Part shown: one piece after another, positions 25,506 to 38,113 of the stretch
Numbering within the stretch: the first letter of the stretch is position 1
Layout of the letters: each line of letters opens with the position of its first letter
Origin: an uncultured Desulfarculus sp.
GTDB lineage: Bacteria; Desulfobacterota; Desulfarculia; Desulfarculales; Desulfarculaceae
DNA length: 64,000 nucleotides
Reading direction: 5' to 3'
Assembly (NCBI GenBank): GCA_963665125.2
Contig: CAXXUK010000001.1
Span: forward strand, 2,752,001 to 2,816,000
Position numbers and translations under genes: made by a program
The notes under the pieces: generated by a model
Database searches by the model: none
What the model saw: the letters and a program-made list of their open reading frames with translations, nothing else
What the model was told of the DNA's origin: nothing

Positions 25506-28061
25506 GTGCTACCCACGCTCAGATTTCAAGTACTGCCCAAGCTGCCCGCGATATTGGAGCCCCTGCGCACACTTGCGAGCAACCTGTGGTTTGTCTGGCA
25601 TCCCGAGGCCCAGGAATTGTGGCAAAGGATCGACCCGGATCTGTGGCGTAAAACCCGCTACAACCCCGTATCCCTGCTCAACCAGGTGGGCCAAAACCGC
25701 CTCGACGCCCTGGCCGAGGACGGCGGATTCGTGGCCCAGATGGACCGCGCCTCCAGTCATCTCCAATCATACGAATCAATGAAAACATGCCCATTTTTGG
25801 GCGAAAGAGCTCCGGAAAACTTCCGGGTGGCTTATTTTTCCGCTGAATACGGCTTGGCCAATTGCCTGCCCATCTATTCCGGCGGCCTGGGCATGCTCAG
25901 CGGCGACCACCTGAAAAGCGCCAGCGACCTCAACGTCCCCCTGGTGGCCGTGGGCCTGGCCTACCGCCAAGGCTACTTCAATCAATATCTGGACCACGAC
26001 GGCTGGCAACAGGAAGAATACAACGTCAACGACTTTTGGAATATGCCGATGAGCCTTGTCTTGGATGACCAAGGCAATGAGGTGCGCATAGCGGTCGATA
26101 TCGAAGGCAGGCCCCTGTTGGCCCGTATCTGGCTGGTCAAGGTGGGCCGGATCAAACTTTATCTGATGGACTGCGGGATCGACGACAACCCGGCCGATCT
26201 GCGCGACATCACCTTCCAGCTCTACGGCGGCGACACCAAGATGCGCATCCGCCAGGAGATACTGCTGGGCATCGGCGGCATCCGCCTTTTGAACACCCTG
26301 GGCATAGATTACAGCGTGGTGCACATGAATGAAGGTCACAGCGCCTTCGCCGCCCTGGAGCGCATCCGACTACTGCGGCAAGACCACGGCCTCAACTTTG
26401 ACCAAGCCAGGGAAATTGTCCGGGCCACCACCTGCTTCACCACCCACACGCCTGTTCCGGCGGGCAACGACTATTTCGATCCGGGTCTGGTGCAGTCCCA
26501 TTTTCAAAGCTATGTCGGCGAATTGGGCATATCAATGCCCGTACTTCTGGGCTACGGCAGGGTGCATCCCATCGAGCAAAGCGAACAGTTCTGCATGACC
26601 GTTCTGGCCCTGCGCCTCAGCGCCTTCAACAACGGCGTGAGCAAACTGCACGGCAAGGTCAGCCGGGGCATGTGGACCGATGTCTGGCCCCAGTTCCCCG
26701 ATGAAGACGTGCCCATAGGCCACATCACCAACGGCGTTCATACTTCGACCTGGATCAACTCGGAGATGGCCTACCTTTACAACCGCCACCTTGGTCCGGG
26801 CTGGATGGAAGACCCCGACTCCGAACGTGTATGGCAGGGAGTTGACCAGATTCCCGACAGCGAACTGTGGATGGTCCACGAGCGCTGCCGTTCGCTGCTC
26901 ATCTCCGAGGTGCGGCGCCGGTTGGCCGTCCAGGTCAAGCGCCGGGGAGGTTCGGCCTGGGAAACCGCCGAGTGCGCCGACGCCCTGCGGTCCGACCGCC
27001 TGACGATCGTCTTTGCCCGGCGTTTCGCCACCTACAAGCGCGCCACCCTGCTGCTACGGGATATCGAGCGGCTCAACGCCCTGGTCAACAACCCCAAACG
27101 GCCGGTGCAATTCATTTTCGCGGGCAAGGCCCATCCCAAGGATGACGAGGGCAAACGCTTTATCCAGCGGGTGGCCAGCCTGACCAGGGACGAACGTTTC
27201 AAGCAGAAGATCGTCTTTCTCGAAGACTATGACATGGGCCTGGCCCGTTACCTGGTCCAGGGAGCCGATGTCTGGCTTAACAACCCCCGGCGGCCCCTGG
27301 AGGCCTGCGGCACCAGCGGCATGAAGGCCGCGGCCAACGGCGCCCTGAACCTGAGCGTACTGGATGGTTGGTGGGACGAAATATTCCAGCCCGGCATCGG
27401 TTGGCAGATCGGCCAGGGCCAGGAATACGACGATGAGGAAGTACAGGACCAATTGGAGGGCAGGGCCCTTTACCGCCTGCTGGAAAGAGACGTCGCGCCC
27501 ATGTTTTATCAGCGCGACGACCAGGACCTGCCAAGGGGCTGGATCAGCTATATGAAGAAAAACCTCAGCGTGATCTGCCCGGCCTTCAACAGCCACCGCA
27601 TGGTTGAAGATTATATCGACATGGCCTACCTGCCCAGCGGCATCCGTTACGACCAGCTGTACAAAGACGATTTTTCCGGGGCCAGGGAACTGGGCCAGTG
27701 GGTCTCCAAACTCATGCAGGGCTGGAGCGACGTGCAGGTGCTGGAGGTGGGCAGCCCCTCCCAAAGCCCCATGGTCTGGGGACAGGATATCGAGGTATGG
27801 GCCAAGGTCCGTCTGGGTGAACTGAGCCCAGACGACGTGGCCTGCGATATCTATTTCGGCCGCCTTGACGCCGAAGGCACCTTCGCTGACCGCCACACAC
27901 TCCAAATGGAGCCCGATAATGAAGCCGAACCCGGCGTCTGGACCTTCAAGGGGATCCTTGCCTGCTCCGAAACGGGCCGCATAGGCATGCGGGTGCGGGT
28001 GGTGCCCCACCACCACGGCCTGGGCTCACGCTATTCCCTGGGTCTGGCGGCCTGGGGCTAG
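25506..28061 (+). CDS. glgP: Alpha-glucan (glycogen/maltodextrin) phosphorylase
   Basis: [75 protein letters not shown]. Confidence 0.96.
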   Translation: MLPTLRFQVLPKLPAILEPLRTLASNLWFVWHPEAQELWQRIDPDLWRKTRYNPVSLLNQVGQNRLDALAEDGGFVAQMDRASSHLQSYESMKTCPFLGERAPENFRVAYFSAEYGLANCLPIYSGGLGMLSGDHLKSASDLNVPLVAVGLAYRQGYFNQYLDHDGWQQEEYNVNDFWNMPMSLVLDDQGNEVRIAVDIEGRPLLARIWLVKVGRIKLYLMDCGIDDNPADLRDITFQLYGGDTKMRIRQEILLGIGGIRLLNTLGIDYSVVHMNEGHSAFAALERIRLLRQDHGLNFDQAREIVRATTCFTTHTPVPAGNDYFDPGLVQSHFQSYVGELGISMPVLLGYGRVHPIEQSEQFCMTVLALRLSAFNNGVSKLHGKVSRGMWTDVWPQFPDEDVPIGHITNGVHTSTWINSEMAYLYNRHLGPGWMEDPDSERVWQGVDQIPDSELWMVHERCRSLLISEVRRRLAVQVKRRGGSAWETAECADALRSDRLTIVFARRFATYKRATLLLRDIERLNALVNNPKRPVQFIFAGKAHPKDDEGKRFIQRVASLTRDERFKQKIVFLEDYDMGLARYLVQGADVWLNNPRRPLEACGTSGMKAAANGALNLSVLDGWWDEIFQPGIGWQIGQGQEYDDEEVQDQLEGRALYRLLERDVAPMFYQRDDQDLPRGWISYMKKNLSVICPAFNSHRMVEDYIDMAYLPSGIRYDQLYKDDFSGARELGQWVSKLMQGWSDVQVLEVGSPSQSPMVWGQDIEVWAKVRLGELSPDDVACDIYFGRLDAEGTFADRHTLQMEPDNEAEPGVWTFKGILACSETGRIGMRVRVVPHHHGLGSRYSLGLAAWG

Positions 28062-28067
28062 GACTCT

Positions 28068-28304
28068 GAGGATGCTTTCCTGAAAGAAACCATCCCCCAA
28101 ACCTCATCCAAAGGACTTCGCGCGAAACCCTCCCTGCCTGCTGCCGGGAGGGGTTCGCGGCGTTTGGGCCCAGACTATCCATATCGACTGACAGGCCCCA
28201 AAAAATAAATGACCGATTGTTGTTTGGCGGCAACGCCGCGAACAACAATCGGCAAAGTTCTTTTGGGGTCTTAGGGGTCTTTTCTTTCAAGAAAAGACCC
28301 CTAA
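28068..28304. repeat. Palindromic intergenic element between convergent genes (REPIN-like; also a likely bidirectional terminator)
   Basis: Related end motifs in inverted orientation. Perfect 15-bp hairpin at 28271-28304, internal hairpins at 28121-28159 and 28213-28252. Confidence 0.7.
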
Positions 28305-28309
28305 ATACA

Positions 28310-29221
28310 CTATTCCGTCAACACTACCTGGCCGGGTTCGATGAGGCCGGGCTTTTGCTTGTCGTCGTCATCGGCAACAGGCACGGCCCAGGAGTTGCGG
28401 GGGCCGAACTCGGTCAGCTTGAGCACGGCGGCCGGGCGGCCCAGCAGGTGGATCACGTTTCCCGACCCGGTCTGGATATCGCGGCCCTTGGTATAGGCCA
28501 CCACCGTGTCGCCGAGGCTGAAGCCGGTGTCGCGGCCCACGGTGACCTGCACGCGCCCGTCCTGGACGGCCAGGACGAATCCGGTCCAGGGCATGGCCGC
28601 GATGCGGGACTGGGTCCACTTCGTGGCCGGTTCGTGGAGGTCCTTTTGCAGCTGGGCCTCCATGGCCTCGGGGATCTTTTCACCCAGTTGAAAATTGGAA
28701 GCCTGCACGTCGGTAAGCTCCAATTTGGAGCGCAGGGCCTTGTCGTCATAGACCGCGCCGGTGGATGTATCAATCAGGCGCATGGCCAGTTCCATGGTCA
28801 GGAACGGATCATTGTCGCGGAAGCCGTAGACGCCGGTCAGCTCGCGGTTGACGCTGAGGTCGGTGAGCATGGCCGTGACCATGGCGCTGACGCCGAGATT
28901 GCGGCAGGCCTTCATCAGACGTTCGCGTCCGTCACGGATGGCCGGGTCCAGGCCGTTCATCTCGTCGATTACCGTTTGATACTCAACAATGACAAAACCG
29001 CCGTACTTGGCCAGGTCTTCCTGAACAGCCTTGCCAATGCGAGAGGAGGGGCCTTGCAAGGCCTTGATGGGGCTGCTGAAGGGTACGATGGTGACCCTTT
29101 TGCGCAGGCTGGTGTCCTTGGCCTTCCAATAATCTTCGACTTTTTGCGTTACGCCGCAGCCGGCTAAAACGGCCAAGGTTAAAGTCAACGCCGCAATGCG
29201 GCGCCAGGGCAAGCGAATCAT
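28310..29221 (-). CDS. Lipoprotein, CsgG/FlgT-like
   Basis: Lipobox LAVLAG-C, LRKRV.IVPF, RLIDTSTG, C-terminal PW.G.V..V.D..V...VG...G...GD. ATG 29221 after AAGGGG. Confidence 0.62.
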   Translation of the reverse strand: MIRLPWRRIAALTLTLAVLAGCGVTQKVEDYWKAKDTSLRKRVTIVPFSSPIKALQGPSSRIGKAVQEDLAKYGGFVIVEYQTVIDEMNGLDPAIRDGRERLMKACRNLGVSAMVTAMLTDLSVNRELTGVYGFRDNDPFLTMELAMRLIDTSTGAVYDDKALRSKLELTDVQASNFQLGEKIPEAMEAQLQKDLHEPATKWTQSRIAAMPWTGFVLAVQDGRVQVTVGRDTGFSLGDTVVAYTKGRDIQTGSGNVIHLLGRPAAVLKLTEFGPRNSWAVPVADDDDKQKPGLIEPGQVVLTE

Positions 29222-29318
29222 ATTATTCAACCCCTTAGTGGATTTACTAACGCTTGAAGTGTGAATTATGGCCTTTCACTTGTCAAAAGTAAAGGGTTGA
29301 GCGCACAAGTGACGCAAT

Positions 29319-29597
29319 TTAGTAAGTAATATCAAATCGGACCAGATCCGCGGCCGGTTCAAGCCACCGTAAATCCACGGAATCGACCCGGGCGAACCGC
29401 GGTCCCTTATAACACCATTGCACAGCCTTGTTCACATCATTCTCCGGCCCCTGGAACTGGGCCTCCACCCGCCCATCGCGCAGGTTGCGAACCCAACCGG
29501 CCAGCCCCAGGTCCTGGGCCATGTGCGCGGTGCTGTAGCGAAAGGCCACGCCCTGGACCCTGCCGGTTATGTATAAATGCGCTCTGGTTTGAGTCAT
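29319..29597 (-). CDS. acyP: Acylphosphatase
   Basis: ITGRVQGV.FR, GWVRNL.DG.VE, GP..ARV..V. Confidence 0.95.
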   Translation of the reverse strand: MTQTRAHLYITGRVQGVAFRYSTAHMAQDLGLAGWVRNLRDGRVEAQFQGPENDVNKAVQWCYKGPRFARVDSVDLRWLEPAADLVRFDITY

Positions 29598-29599
29598 CT

Positions 29600-31741
<2,142 letters not shown>

Positions 31742-31776
31742 TCAAAAGATGATTTTCATGCAGGCTGTTATCGCAA

Positions 31777-31805
31777 TTGACCTGATGTGACGGCTAAACT
31801 ATAAA
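31777..31805 (+). promoter_or_regulatory. sigma70-type promoter
   Basis: TTGACC-N17-TATAAA upstream of the AAGGAGG RBS. Confidence 0.55.
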
Positions 31806-31831
31806 TAAAGGCTGCCTTAAGGAGGACGGCC

Positions 31832-32443
31832 ATGATCATTGAAATTGATCCGGAACGCATTCAGCCCCGCAAGATCAGCCAGGTCGTGCAGGTTCTGCAG
31901 GACGGCGGGGTGGTGGCTTATCCCACCGACACCTCCTATGGCCTGGGGTGCGACATCTTCAACAAAAAGGCCCTGCGCCGGTTGCACCAGATCAAGAACC
32001 AGCCCGAAAGCAAGCCGTTTTCATTTATCTGCCCGGATTTAAAGGAACTGTCCAACTACGCTAACGTGACCAACTACGCCTACAAGACCCTGCGCCGCCT
32101 GCTGCCGGGGCCGTACACCTTCATCCTGGAGGGCAGCCGCCAGGTGCCCAAGATGATGCTCACCCGGCGCAAGACCGCGGGCATCCGCGTGCCGGACCAT
32201 CCGGTCTGCCTGGCCATTGTCCAGGAGTTGGGCCACCCGATCGTCAACGCCACGGCAACCGCGCCCGACGGCCGGGATCTGATCTATCCTTGGGAGATCG
32301 AGGATGAACTGGGCCACGCCCTGGACCTGGTGGTGGACGGCGGACCCGTGCCGGGCCAGGAATCAAGCGTCATCGGCCTGGTGGGCGACGAGCCCGAGAT
32401 CATCCGCGAAGGCGCCGGAGACGTCGAGGAGTTCCGGCTTTAG
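31832..32443 (+). CDS. YrdC/Sua5/YciO family (L-threonylcarbamoyladenylate synthase-like)
   Basis: GGVVAYPTDTSYGLGC, LPGPYTFIL, GIRVPD, IIREGAG. Confidence 0.9.
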   Translation: MIIEIDPERIQPRKISQVVQVLQDGGVVAYPTDTSYGLGCDIFNKKALRRLHQIKNQPESKPFSFICPDLKELSNYANVTNYAYKTLRRLLPGPYTFILEGSRQVPKMMLTRRKTAGIRVPDHPVCLAIVQELGHPIVNATATAPDGRDLIYPWEIEDELGHALDLVVDGGPVPGQESSVIGLVGDEPEIIREGAGDVEEFRL

Positions 32444-32451
32444 CCGGCCAG

Positions 32452-33804
32452 CTAGGCTATTTCTTTTTTTGCCTGTTCCACCGCGCCCTCGACCAGGGCC
32501 CGGATTTCCTCCAGGCGGCCGACGTTTTGGGCCTCGAAACGCAAGACCAACGCGGGCTGGGTGTTGCTGGCCCGCACCAGTCCCCAGCCGTCGGGGAAGG
32601 TCACCCGCACGCCATCGACATCGACGACCTCGTGGTCGGCCAGAATGCGGCCCACTGCGGCCACCACGTCGAACTTTATCTCGTCCGGGCAGTCCACCCG
32701 GATCTCCGGGGTGTTGACCACCTCGGGCATGCCGTCGAGCCAGGTGGACAGGGGCTTGTCGGTCTTGGCCAACAGCTCCAGGATGCGTAGCGAGGCGTAG
32801 ACGCCGTCGTCAAAGCCGAACCAGCGGTGCTTGAAGAAGATATGCCCGCTCATCTCGCCGGCCAGGATGGCCCCGGTGTCGGCCATTTTCTGTTTGATCA
32901 GGCTGTGACCGGCCTTCCACATGATCGGCTTGCCGCCGTGGGCGGCGATATCGTCGTAGAGGTTCTTGGAGCATTTGACCTCGCCGATGATGGACGCGCC
33001 GGGGTTGTCGGCCAGAATGTCCCGGGCCAACAGGGCCAGCAGCATGTCGCCGTAGATGGGGTTGCCCTTTTCATCGACCACGCCCACCCGGTCGCAGTCG
33101 CCGTCAAAGGCGATGCCCGCCTCCAGGCCCTTGCCGGTGACCAGGGCCCGCAGATCCACAAGGTTTTCCATGACCGTGGGATCGGGCTCGTGGTTGGGGA
33201 AGGTGCCGTCCACATCGCAATACAGAGAGGTAACCGCCACGCCAAGGCGCTCCATTAGCTGGGGGGCCACCAGGCAGCCGGTGGCGTTGCCGCAGTCCAG
33301 GGCGATCTTCAAGGGCCGCTCCAGCTTGATGTTGTCGGCCACGTAGTCCATATAGTCCGGGATGATTGCGTAACCGGCCAGTTCGCCCCGGCCCTGGGGG
33401 AAGTCCCCGTCCTGGGTCAGTTGGTAGATTTTCTGGATCTCGTCGCCATGGATGGTGCTCTTGCCCAGCACGACCTTGAAACCGTTGTACTCCGGCGGGT
33501 TGTGGCTGGCGGTAATCATCACCCCGCCCTGGGCCTGAAGATGAAACACCGAAAAATAGAGTATCGGCGTGGTGCAGACTCCGCAGTCGATGACATCGAT
33601 GCCCGTGGACAAAAGGCCTTCCAACAAAAGATCGCGGTAATGATCCGAGCTCAAGCGCACGTCCCGGCCCAAGGTGATCTTTTCGGCATTGTTTTCCAGG
33701 AAATAAGCACCCAGGGCCCGTCCCAGGAGGCTGACGTCGGCATCGGTTATCTCTTTGTCTACTATGGCGCGGATGTCGTATTCGCGGAAGATCTTCTGGT
33801 TCAT
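32452..33804 (-). CDS. algC: Phosphomannomutase/phosphoglucomutase (AlgC/ManB)
   Basis: FREYDIR, ITASHNP, FDGDCDR, GEMSGH, RASNTQP. Confidence 0.93.
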   Translation of the reverse strand: MNQKIFREYDIRAIVDKEITDADVSLLGRALGAYFLENNAEKITLGRDVRLSSDHYRDLLLEGLLSTGIDVIDCGVCTTPILYFSVFHLQAQGGVMITASHNPPEYNGFKVVLGKSTIHGDEIQKIYQLTQDGDFPQGRGELAGYAIIPDYMDYVADNIKLERPLKIALDCGNATGCLVAPQLMERLGVAVTSLYCDVDGTFPNHEPDPTVMENLVDLRALVTGKGLEAGIAFDGDCDRVGVVDEKGNPIYGDMLLALLARDILADNPGASIIGEVKCSKNLYDDIAAHGGKPIMWKAGHSLIKQKMADTGAILAGEMSGHIFFKHRWFGFDDGVYASLRILELLAKTDKPLSTWLDGMPEVVNTPEIRVDCPDEIKFDVVAAVGRILADHEVVDVDGVRVTFPDGWGLVRASNTQPALVLRFEAQNVGRLEEIRALVEGAVEQAKKEIA

Positions 33805-34018
33805 GCCCTCTCCATGCAACTGGCCGGGGTTTCTGCAAAATTACCGGAAAGTCTTGTTAACACCATCTGCCGGGGCGTGTCAAGGGCCGCAATGCCGCCA
33901 CAAAACCGGACAGGTGAGCACCGCACAGCGTTTATTCAAGATTCCCCACCTTGAACGGAATTTCGATGAATGATGGAATTTTTATAATTAACGGCCACAT
34001 ATTTTCGACTAAGGCAGG

Positions 34019-35005
34019 CTATCCTTTTCGCAGGCTCACGCCTTCCATGATGTCAAGCTCATCGTCGCCGGGAACCACCATGGGTGGCTGGCCCATGGCG
34101 GGCAGCACCCAGCATTGGCCCGGGGCCAAATCGGCGAGCTTTTGGCCTCCGAGTTCCAGGCTGCCGCCGCCGTCGGCAACGTACCACAAGCGCAGCAACC
34201 CGTCGCCGCCGGCCTGGTATTGGTCGTCGATGCGGCGGTGCCAAAGCTCGAAGTGCTCCATGGCCACCAGCCGCCGGGAGCCGTTGGGCTGGCCCTCCAG
34301 GACCTGGGGGTCCTCGGCCTGGCCCGGCCCGCTGGTGTTCATGACGGACAAGGCCTTGTCCAGATGCAGGGGCCGCAGCACGCCGTCGCTGCCCGGACGG
34401 TCCCAGTCATAGATCCGGTAGGTCACGTCCGAGGCCTGCTGGATTTCAAGTATGGTCAAGCCCGGCCCGGTGGCGTGGATGGTCCCGGCCGGAATGGCGT
34501 AGGTCATGCCGGTGACCACCGGAATCCTGGCCAGCAGGTCGGCCATCATGCCCTTTTCAATGGCCCCTTTTATGGCGCCGGCCCCAAGGGGATGGTTCAA
34601 GCCGTGGATGATCTCCGCGCCGGGTTCGGCGGCCAGCACATGCCAGGCCTCGCTCTTGCCCCAGGGCTCACCCTCCAACTCCCTGGCCTGCTCGTCGTTG
34701 GGGTGGACCTGCACGCTGAGCCATTGGCCCACGCTTAGAATCTTCAAAAGCAGCGGGAAAAACACGGCCTCCGGGTCGCCGGTGATTTGGCCGGGCCATT
34801 GTCTGACGATCTCATCCAGGCCCAGGCCGTCGAAGGGCCCACCCTTGGCTCTGGTGATGTGGTGTCGGTCGCTGGCCAGCCAGATTTCGCCGGTATGGGG
34901 CGGCGGGTTGAATATCTTCCTCAAGCCGGGCGGCATCTGGGCCGCACCCCAGACCTTGTCCAAAAAGATCGGCTCCAGTTGAAAAGGCTGCATGGCTTGG
35001 TTCAT
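34019..35005 (-). CDS. manA: Type I mannose-6-phosphate isomerase
   Basis: KVWG, GEIW, FPLL.KIL..GQWLSVQVHP, GKSEAW, PAGTIHA, EIQQ.SD.TYR.YDW.R. Confidence 0.93.
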   Translation of the reverse strand: MNQAMQPFQLEPIFLDKVWGAAQMPPGLRKIFNPPPHTGEIWLASDRHHITRAKGGPFDGLGLDEIVRQWPGQITGDPEAVFFPLLLKILSVGQWLSVQVHPNDEQARELEGEPWGKSEAWHVLAAEPGAEIIHGLNHPLGAGAIKGAIEKGMMADLLARIPVVTGMTYAIPAGTIHATGPGLTILEIQQASDVTYRIYDWDRPGSDGVLRPLHLDKALSVMNTSGPGQAEDPQVLEGQPNGSRRLVAMEHFELWHRRIDDQYQAGGDGLLRLWYVADGGGSLELGGQKLADLAPGQCWVLPAMGQPPMVVPGDDELDIMEGVSLRKG

Positions 35006-35023
35006 GGCAATCTCTCCGCCGAA

Positions 35024-35995
35024 TCAGGCCGCCGGATCGCGCCGGACAGATATCATTTCCAGGGCAACCACTGCGGCGAATCCGATAAGCATCACGGCCA
35101 CGGCAAGCATGAACTGCTGGTCAAATGCCGGCGGCCAGATGTTTTGCTCTTGAATTACATATACCTTACCGCCAATTATCCTGGTATCGACAACTTCTTT
35201 CCAGGGCCAGATTTTGCGCATGGCCCCGATCATGAAACCGGTCAGGGCGGCGATGGTGGCGTCGTGCCAGCGCTCAAAGAGCCACTTGAGCACCCTGGAG
35301 AATCCGCCCAGGCCCAGGGCCGCTCCGGCCACGAAGACGATGATGATCAGCATGTTTTCCGGCGTGAAAGGATTTTTCAACGCGCCGGTGACATAGGCGT
35401 ACTTGCCCAGCAGCAGCAGGATAAAGGCCCCGGAGATGCCCGGCAGGATCATGGCGCAGATGGCCAGGGCCCCGCAGAAAAAGATGAACCACAGGGAGTT
35501 GGGCGTCTGCACGGGGATCAGGCCCACGATAACGAACCCGGCCGCCGCGCCCAAGACCAGCATGATCCAGTAAACCGCGCCGCGCTGTTTCACCCTGCGG
35601 CCCACCACCAGGATCGAGGCGGCGATGAGCCCGAAAAACAGCGACCATACGGGCACAGGGTGATGTTCCAACAGATAGTGCATCAGCCGGGCCATGGAGA
35701 CCAGGGCCGTGGCGATGCCCAAAAACAGGGGAATCAAAAAGCGCAGGTGCACCGCGTCCAGGGCCCCGGCGATGTCGAAGCGGACCAGGCGGGAAAAAAA
35801 CCGTCCGCCCACGCTGGTGATGGCGGTAATCAGATCACCGTAGATGCCGGTGATGAAGGCCATGGTCCCGCCGCTGACGCCGGGGATGATATCGGCCCCA
35901 CCCATGCACAGTCCCTTGAGCCACAGGATAAAGGCCTCGCGCCAGGTCTGTGGACCCGGCCCGGACAAAATTGCCTGGATGTACTTGTTTGCCAT
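35024..35995 (-). CDS. DUF368 membrane protein (undecaprenyl-phosphate translocase family)
   Basis: KG..MG.AD..PGVSGGT.AF..GIY, FFGLI..S, CAMILPGISG..ILLLLG.Y, G.M.G...KIWPW. Confidence 0.92.
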   Translation of the reverse strand: MANKYIQAILSGPGPQTWREAFILWLKGLCMGGADIIPGVSGGTMAFITGIYGDLITAITSVGGRFFSRLVRFDIAGALDAVHLRFLIPLFLGIATALVSMARLMHYLLEHHPVPVWSLFFGLIAASILVVGRRVKQRGAVYWIMLVLGAAAGFVIVGLIPVQTPNSLWFIFFCGALAICAMILPGISGAFILLLLGKYAYVTGALKNPFTPENMLIIIVFVAGAALGLGGFSRVLKWLFERWHDATIAALTGFMIGAMRKIWPWKEVVDTRIIGGKVYVIQEQNIWPPAFDQQFMLAVAVMLIGFAAVVALEMISVRRDPAA

Positions 35996-36000
35996 AATCG

Positions 36001-37077
36001 CTATAGGAACTTGTCCAGCTTTTGTTCTTTGAGTTGTTCAATGACCAGGCGCACGTCCTGGCAGCGGTCCCTGGGCAGGACCATCAGCACGTCGTCGGTG
36101 ACCACGGCCACCAGGTTGTCCACGCCCAGAAGGGCCGTGAGCCTGCCCTGGGCCGAGACGACGTTGCCCGTGGCCTCGATGGCCAGCACTTGGCCCTCGT
36201 TGCAGGCGTTTTGGGCCTCGTCCACGGGCCATAGCTCGGTCATGGCCTCCCAGGAGCCCACGTCCGACCAGCCGAAATCGGCCCGCACCACCCGCAGGCG
36301 GTCGGTCTTTTCCAGGATGCCGTAGTCCACGCTTTCCGAAGGCAGGCCTGGATAGACCCGCTCCAGGGCCCCGGACTGGCCGGTGGTGTCCAGATCCGGC
36401 GCCAAGGCGGCCAACCCCTGGGCCAGTTCGGGCATCAGGCGCCCCATCTCGGCCATGAACGTATCGGCCCGCCAGGCGAACATGCCCGAATTCCACATGT
36501 GGCGGCCCGACTCCAGATAGGCCTGGGCCATGGCCAGGGCTGGTTTTTCATGGAAGGCCCGGACCTCGTAGACCTTGGGGTCGGTTTGATCGACCGGCTC
36601 GCCGCCTTCGATATAGCCGAAGCCCGTGGCCGGGTAGCGCGGGGTCAGGCCCAGGGTCACCAGCATCTGCTCTTCATAAGCGACCTTGGCCGCCTTTTCC
36701 AGGGTGCGCAGAAACAGTGATTCGTCGGTGATCAAATGATCGGCGGGCAAAACCAGGCAGACGCCTTGGGGGTCGCGGCGGGCCACCCAGGCCGCGCCCA
36801 CACCGGCCGCCGCAGCGGTGTTGCGGCCAACCGGCTCGGCCAGGACCTGACCGGGGGCCAGTTGGGGAAGCTGGGCCGCCACGTCGGCGGCATAAGCCGC
36901 GCCGGTGACGATGAGCACGTTTTCAGCGGGGATCAACGGCGCGATGCGCTCCACGGTCTGCTGGAGCATGCTTCGGCTGCCGGTCAGGGCCAACAGCTGT
37001 TTGGGCCTGTTCTTGCGGCTGGCGGGCCAAAAGCGCGTCCCGCTGCCCCCGGCCATGACCACTGCGTAGATGTTCAT
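36001..37077 (-). CDS. manC: Mannose-1-phosphate guanylyltransferase
   Basis: MAGGSGTRFWP.SR..PKQ, EPVGRNTA, LPADH, TGFGYI, F.EKP, WNSGMF, SVDYGILEK, WSDVGSW. Confidence 0.95.
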   Translation of the reverse strand: MNIYAVVMAGGSGTRFWPASRKNRPKQLLALTGSRSMLQQTVERIAPLIPAENVLIVTGAAYAADVAAQLPQLAPGQVLAEPVGRNTAAAAGVGAAWVARRDPQGVCLVLPADHLITDESLFLRTLEKAAKVAYEEQMLVTLGLTPRYPATGFGYIEGGEPVDQTDPKVYEVRAFHEKPALAMAQAYLESGRHMWNSGMFAWRADTFMAEMGRLMPELAQGLAALAPDLDTTGQSGALERVYPGLPSESVDYGILEKTDRLRVVRADFGWSDVGSWEAMTELWPVDEAQNACNEGQVLAIEATGNVVSAQGRLTALLGVDNLVAVVTDDVLMVLPRDRCQDVRLVIEQLKEQKLDKFL

Positions 37078-37080
37078 CGA

Positions 37081-37884
37081 TCAGTTTCCCAAAAAATTCC
37101 AGGCCAGGGCGGTCAGGCCCAGGGCCCAGCAATAATACGCAAAAAGATGCAGCCTCCCCTGGCGCACGATGCTCAGCAGAAATTTCAGGGCCGCCCAGCC
37201 CACCACGGCGGCGGTCAAACCGCCGGCAAGCATCACCGGAAGGGAGGCGCCGGGAGCCCCGGCCTTGGCCGCGTCCAACACCTGCAACAGCAGGGCCCCG
37301 AGGATGGCCGGGATGGACATAACAAATGATATCCGGGCTGCGAACTCCCGGTCCAGCCCCAAAAGCAGGCCCGTGGCAATGGTGGCTCCCGAGCGGCTGA
37401 TGCCCGGCGTTATGGCCAGGCCCTGGGCCACGCCCATGATCAGAGCCCGCACGGGGCCGGTGCCGACCGCGTCCAGTCCCTTGCCCCTGGCCAGCTTGGT
37501 GAGCATCAGCAGGCATCCGGTGATCAAAAGAGCCGCGCCCACGGCCAAAAGCGAGGCGAACATGCTCTCGAACCAGTCCTTGAAGGCCAAGCCCATCACG
37601 GCCGTTGGTATGCTGGCCGCCACCACCAATATGATGAGCTTGCGGCCCGTGCGGCCCTCTTCATCGGTGGCCCACAGCCCCCGGATCATCGACCAGACAT
37701 CGCGCCAAAAAACCAATAAAACCGCAGCTAAAGTACCCACATGCACCGCCACGTCGAACATCAGCTGCGGTTCGTGCAGGCCCAGAAGACGCTGGCCCAG
37801 GACCAGGTGGCCCGAAGAACTCACCGGGAGAAACTCCGTGAGTCCCTGTACCATACCTAGTATTACCGCTTGGCCGTAGTCCAT
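37081..37884 (-). CDS. uppP: Undecaprenyl-diphosphate phosphatase
   Basis: QGLTEFLPVSSSGHL, AQG.A..PGISRSG.T, SF.MSIPA. Confidence 0.95.
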   Translation of the reverse strand: MDYGQAVILGMVQGLTEFLPVSSSGHLVLGQRLLGLHEPQLMFDVAVHVGTLAAVLLVFWRDVWSMIRGLWATDEEGRTGRKLIILVVAASIPTAVMGLAFKDWFESMFASLLAVGAALLITGCLLMLTKLARGKGLDAVGTGPVRALIMGVAQGLAITPGISRSGATIATGLLLGLDREFAARISFVMSIPAILGALLLQVLDAAKAGAPGASLPVMLAGGLTAAVVGWAALKFLLSIVRQGRLHLFAYYCWALGLTALAWNFLGN

Positions 37885-38023
37885 TATAATGCGCCTCCAA
37901 AGTCCCTGGAATATAGCTTGTGGCCCCCTTCAAGTCGAGCCCTTTTGCCCGAAGCACCCCCTCATGTACCGCTTGTACCGGTCCCGGAGATACAAAAACT
38001 AAAAAATACATTCAGTTATGCCC

Positions 38024-38052
38024 TTGACATAGCAAACCAAATTGCTTATAAC
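38024..38052 (+). promoter_or_regulatory. sigma70-type promoter of the IHF/HU gene
   Basis: TTGACA-N17-TATAAC. Confidence 0.7.
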
Positions 38053-38113
38053 CAAGCCGATAACTGCACTTAAATATGAACCCTGTTGGGTAGCAGTTGA
38101 GGAGCGCCCGTCT

